From an uncultured Clostridia bacterium (GTDB lineage: Bacteria; CAYTYR01; UBA6262), in NCBI GenBank assembly GCA_964441745.1, contig CAYTYR010000003.1, positions 35,348-99,347 on the forward strand: 64,000 bases of DNA, in the 5' to 3' direction. Below, in pieces: positions 60,587 through 64,000 of this stretch; the stretch's first letter is position 1, and every line of letters starts with the position of its first letter. The notes under the pieces are model-generated. The model had not been told where the DNA came from, did not search any database, and saw only the letters and a program-made list of their open reading frames with translations. The position numbers and the translations under genes are program-made.

Positions 60587-62086
60587 TTATTTCGTGCAGT
60601 GCACATCACAGATGTCATCCGGATTGACCGGAGAGGGTTTGCCGATCTTTTTATAATAATCATCGATCGCCGATTTCAGAGCCTGTTCCGCCAGGACCGA
60701 ACAATGCATCTTGACTGGCGGCAAGCCGCCCAAGGCTTCAGCGACCGCCTTATTGGAGATGACCAGCGCTTCGGGAATGGTTTTCCCCTTCACCATATCC
60801 GTGACCATCGAGCTGGTGGCAATCGCTGCCCCGCAATTGTGAACGGCAAAGCCTTTAACTAAATATGTATTTGGTTCAGAAGCAACCTGAAAATTATAAA
60901 CTTTTCCGCTGTAATCCAAGGTTTCAATTTTACGAATCGGCACTAAAAATTTTCGACCGTTAAAATGAACAAAACGATGATTTCTTTCCATTTTAAAAGA
61001 TACTAAATATTGCTCCGAATCTTTGAGTTTTCTGCCTTCAATTACACAGTTTGTTTTATAAATCTTCCTGATTGAACTAAAATTCCCACCCCTGGCTAAT
61101 ATTTCCTGGAGTTGAACAGCCAATAATTTCGACGTAGTTATCATCCTGTAAGTGTCGCTATTGTGAGTTCTTCTCTTATAGCTATCACCGTCACCAAGAA
61201 GGTATTTCTCTACTAGATGCCACTGCTTTTCAAAAGGCAAAGTAATGATCTCTTCCGCGAGTTTCTTATGGCATGCTAATTTTCCGCAATACTTGACTAA
61301 AAAGGAAACCAACTTCCTAGAGCAAATATATACTTCCGTTACATTATCTCTTGTTCTGGATTTCGCTTCCTTGCCGCAGAACTGACCCAATAGGTCTTTT
61401 GTTTCCCGGATCAGATCTGTTTCATTTTTATTGAACGCAAAAGCAACCGCGTTTCCTTTTGCTATGATATATCCTTCAGATAAATAATATCCCATAAGTT
61501 TCATTATGTCTACCGTAAAGAAAGGATTATCCTTAACTGTTTTGTTCACCGTAAATAATAGATAATCTCCAACTTTTAATTGATCTGCCCTGATAAAATC
61601 GGGATCGGTTCCAAGCAGCTCCTTTTTCCCCATCCGCAGCCAATCGCATTTCGGGCCAGATTTCCTGGCTCCTTTTACCTTTGTTCTTTGCAAGCATAAC
61701 ACCGGGTGATTCGGAGTTACGGCAAAAGCATTGTAAGGAGATACAAAGGGTTCGATGCAGCAGATTTTCCCGCAAAAATCCCGTGTATAAGTTTCCGCGA
61801 CTTCGGTCTGTTCGCCATTGCTGTTGATCACTGTTGCTCTCTTGGCGATATCGGGGACTCGCACCCAATCGCCTACACCGGCTACGACTTCCTCATTTGC
61901 CGGAAGACAACCAAAAGTCTTAAATTTGGCATCAGTGATAATACCATCTTTTACCTTTATATATAGCTCCATAATATCACCGCAGATCGCGTTACCCACA
62001 TGGCCGATGCCATCAGGGTTTTCCATTTCCCCGACATTGTGAGGATTACGGAAATGCTCCATTACTTTTTCACTATACTGACTCAT
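60587..62086 (-). CDS. iscU: Fe-S cluster scaffold IscU interrupted by an in-frame intein
   Basis: N-extein GNAICGDIMELYIKV...DAKFKTFG and C-extein CGAAIATSSMV...LPPVKMHCSVLAEQA together make a normal IscU; 358 aa inserted between. Confidence 0.8.
   Translation of the reverse strand: MSQYSEKVMEHFRNPHNVGEMENPDGIGHVGNAICGDIMELYIKVKDGIITDAKFKTFGCLPANEEVVAGVGDWVRVPDIAKRATVINSNGEQTEVAETYTRDFCGKICCIEPFVSPYNAFAVTPNHPVLCLQRTKVKGARKSGPKCDWLRMGKKELLGTDPDFIRADQLKVGDYLLFTVNKTVKDNPFFTVDIMKLMGYYLSEGYIIAKGNAVAFAFNKNETDLIRETKDLLGQFCGKEAKSRTRDNVTEVYICSRKLVSFLVKYCGKLACHKKLAEEIITLPFEKQWHLVEKYLLGDGDSYKRRTHNSDTYRMITTSKLLAVQLQEILARGGNFSSIRKIYKTNCVIEGRKLKDSEQYLVSFKMERNHRFVHFNGRKFLVPIRKIETLDYSGKVYNFQVASEPNTYLVKGFAVHNCGAAIATSSMVTDMVKGKTIPEALVISNKAVAEALGGLPPVKMHCSVLAEQALKSAIDDYYKKIGKPSPVNPDDICDVHCTK
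60836..61909 (-). mobile_element. intein with LAGLIDADG-type homing endonuclease domain, inserted in iscU
   Basis: starts with Cys directly after FKTFG, ends with His-Asn directly before the conserved extein Cys; internal LMGYYLSEGY and YLLGDGDSY blocks resemble LAGLIDADG motifs. Confidence 0.75.
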
Positions 62087-63185
62087 TTTTCCCCTCTGCT
62101 TTTTCTAATGGTATGGTGAAATAGAAGGTACTGCCCTTGCCCACTGTACTTTCTACCCACACCTTGCCTTGGTGATTTTCAATAATGTTTTTGACCAGGG
62201 TCAAACCCAATCCCAGTGATCCGCTTCTGAATTCAAAGGTCCCGGATGAATGCTGGTCATCAGATTTTATTTCATAAAAACTTTCAAAAATATTTTCAAA
62301 TTCATTTTCCGGGATCCCGATGCCGGTGTCGGCGATCTCAGCCTGGATCTTATCCGGGAACGTTTTGGTCCTGATCGTGATCTTTCCTTCATCTGGCGTG
62401 AATTTAATCGCGTTCATGATCAGGTTAGTCAAGACCTGGTTCATTTCCCGCCGGTTAAACTTAGCCAACGGTAAATTAGGGTCAAGCTCTAAGGCCAGCG
62501 CTTGTTTGCGCTTCTGCGCAAAAATCTCCATATCACCGTAAACCTCTTTGACCATATTATTTAAGTTGGCGTCATCCTTTTTTTCCAGTTTATCTTTTTG
62601 TTCAGTTTTAACCATATCCAGGATATTATCAATAGTTTGCAGGTAGCGATTGATAATTTCCTTGGCTTTGCCGCATTTTTGCTTAAATTCTTCTTCTTTG
62701 TTCTTGAACATACCCAGCTCAAAGAGGCTGATATACCCGTTAAGCACAGTTAAAGGGGTACGAAACTCATGGGAGGCTACGGAAATAAATTTAGACTTCA
62801 TTTTTTCTTTTTTTATCAGGTCCTGATGGGCTTTTTCCAAAGCGGCTTTGCCCCTATTTTCCAGCTGGACCAGGATATTGACTGTTAAGCCGATGATAAT
62901 AAAAATAATAAGCTGCAAAATATTATCTATCAGCCAGCTGGTCCCTAATTGCGCTGGCGGCGGCCAAATCCTTAACATGTAAAAAAAACTGCTGATAAAG
63001 GCTGCCGCGGTCACTCCGATCGGCCCCAGCTTAAAAGCGGCAAAAATGACCGGAATGTAATATAACTTACTGAAAACACTATCTAAAAAAATATTATCCT
63101 TAGGACTAAAGAAATGAAAAAATGCGATAATCGCTATAAAAATGAATAAGACGAAAAAATCAATGGTTACTTTTTTGTTTTTCAT
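62073..63185 (-). CDS. membrane-bound sensor histidine kinase
   Basis: 370 aa; N-terminal TM helices, H-box SVASHEFRTPLTVL, G-boxes DTGIGIP and GSLGLGLTL; overlaps iscU start by 14 nt. Confidence 0.8.
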   Translation of the reverse strand: MKNKKVTIDFFVLFIFIAIIAFFHFFSPKDNIFLDSVFSKLYYIPVIFAAFKLGPIGVTAAAFISSFFYMLRIWPPPAQLGTSWLIDNILQLIIFIIIGLTVNILVQLENRGKAALEKAHQDLIKKEKMKSKFISVASHEFRTPLTVLNGYISLFELGMFKNKEEEFKQKCGKAKEIINRYLQTIDNILDMVKTEQKDKLEKKDDANLNNMVKEVYGDMEIFAQKRKQALALELDPNLPLAKFNRREMNQVLTNLIMNAIKFTPDEGKITIRTKTFPDKIQAEIADTGIGIPENEFENIFESFYEIKSDDQHSSGTFEFRSGSLGLGLTLVKNIIENHQGKVWVESTVGKGSTFYFTIPLEKAEGKNESV

Positions 63186-63966
63186 CGATCACCTCGGTTA
63201 ATCGGGCAAATTCAGTAAGGCTGAGGGTCTCAGCCCGCCGGCGGGATTCTATGCCTGCTTCTTTCAGGCCTTGTTCAAGCAGATCCGCGGCCAGGCCATA
63301 GTTGTGTTTCAAGCTATTCAGGATAGTCTTTCGTCTCTGGGCAAAGGCGGCTTTGACCACTTTCTTGAAGGTGACACTGTTAGATACTCTTTCCCTTGGC
63401 TGCGATAAAAAATCTATTTTAATAACCGCGGAATCGACTTTAGGGACAGGACTAAAACAATAAGCCGGCGCCAGACGGATAATTTGAACTTCAGCGTAAA
63501 ATTGCAGCATGATCGAAATAACGCCATATTCCTTGCCGCCGGGGGCGGCTGCCAAACGCTCGGCTACTTCTTTTTGCACCATAATAATGGCTTGGCTAAA
63601 TTGCGGATTGGCCAAGTGCCAATCAAGTAACTGGAAAATGATCGGGGAGGTAATATAATATGGAACATTAGCTGTGACCTTGAACGGCATATTCATTAAT
63701 TCTGCCGGCAGTTGATAACTCATAATATCCTGGTGCAAGATCACCACATTAGGATATGGTTTTAAGCTTATCCGCAACTCTTGTATTAACCCCGGATCGA
63801 TCTCGACAGCGATCAATCGCTCCACCTGCGGGGCAATCAACCTGGTCAACACTCCCCGGCCAGGGCCAATCTCTATCACCCGGTCATTTCTGGTCAAAGA
63901 AGATGCTGTTATTATATCCAAAGCTACTTGCTGGTCAGTAAGAAATACTTGTCCCCATTTTTTCAC
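63160..63966 (-). CDS. rsmA: 16S rRNA (adenine1518/1519-N6)-dimethyltransferase RsmA/KsgA
   Basis: 268 aa; KKWGQVFL N-terminal motif, AdoMet motif VIEIGPGRGVLT, catalytic NVPYYI; ORF starts near window end. Confidence 0.85.
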   Translation of the reverse strand: MKKWGQVFLTDQQVALDIITASSLTRNDRVIEIGPGRGVLTRLIAPQVERLIAVEIDPGLIQELRISLKPYPNVVILHQDIMSYQLPAELMNMPFKVTANVPYYITSPIIFQLLDWHLANPQFSQAIIMVQKEVAERLAAAPGGKEYGVISIMLQFYAEVQIIRLAPAYCFSPVPKVDSAVIKIDFLSQPRERVSNSVTFKKVVKAAFAQRRKTILNSLKHNYGLAADLLEQGLKEAGIESRRRAETLSLTEFARLTEVIDEKQKSNH

Positions 63967-64000
63967 TTATCACCAAATCGGCAGGCTTTGGCCGCTACTT

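Overview
This 64-kb window is bacterial chromosomal DNA from a likely diderm organism, with dense coding on both strands and no rRNA, tRNA, CRISPR array, transposase or integrase that I could recognise. All calls come from reading the sequence and the supplied ORF translations; no database search, HMM scan or folding was run. Four blocks stand out. (1) 1-9.7 kb is a minus-strand signalling cluster (two histidine kinases, a CheY-like receiver, two PilZ proteins) followed by dus. (2) 17.9-38.3 kb is a defence island: an apparently intact Type III restriction-modification operon whose mod and res genes are separated by cargo genes (AlbA_2/HATPase_c_4 protein, Fic) with a second Fic upstream of mod; an SNF2 helicase plus SWIM zinc-finger pair; and a second, decayed Type III mod/RhuM/res locus. 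(3) 39.9-54.0 kb is a plus-strand Pho regulon with a PhoB/PhoR-like pair, a porin, two tandem pstSCAB operons, a third pstB and phoU. (4) 54-64 kb is a minus-strand sulfur and Fe-S cluster (nadA, nfu, iscS, two Rrf2 regulators, cysK, a DUF39 plus NIL-ferredoxin pair) in which iscU carries an intein. The most unusual observations are that each cargo gene inside the RM operon is preceded by a roughly 40-bp copy of the res start region that encodes a short leader peptide, a candidate small RNA with a consensus promoter inside that operon, the iscU intein, and a recurring GATTACACAGATT direct-repeat motif in front of the Pho genes.
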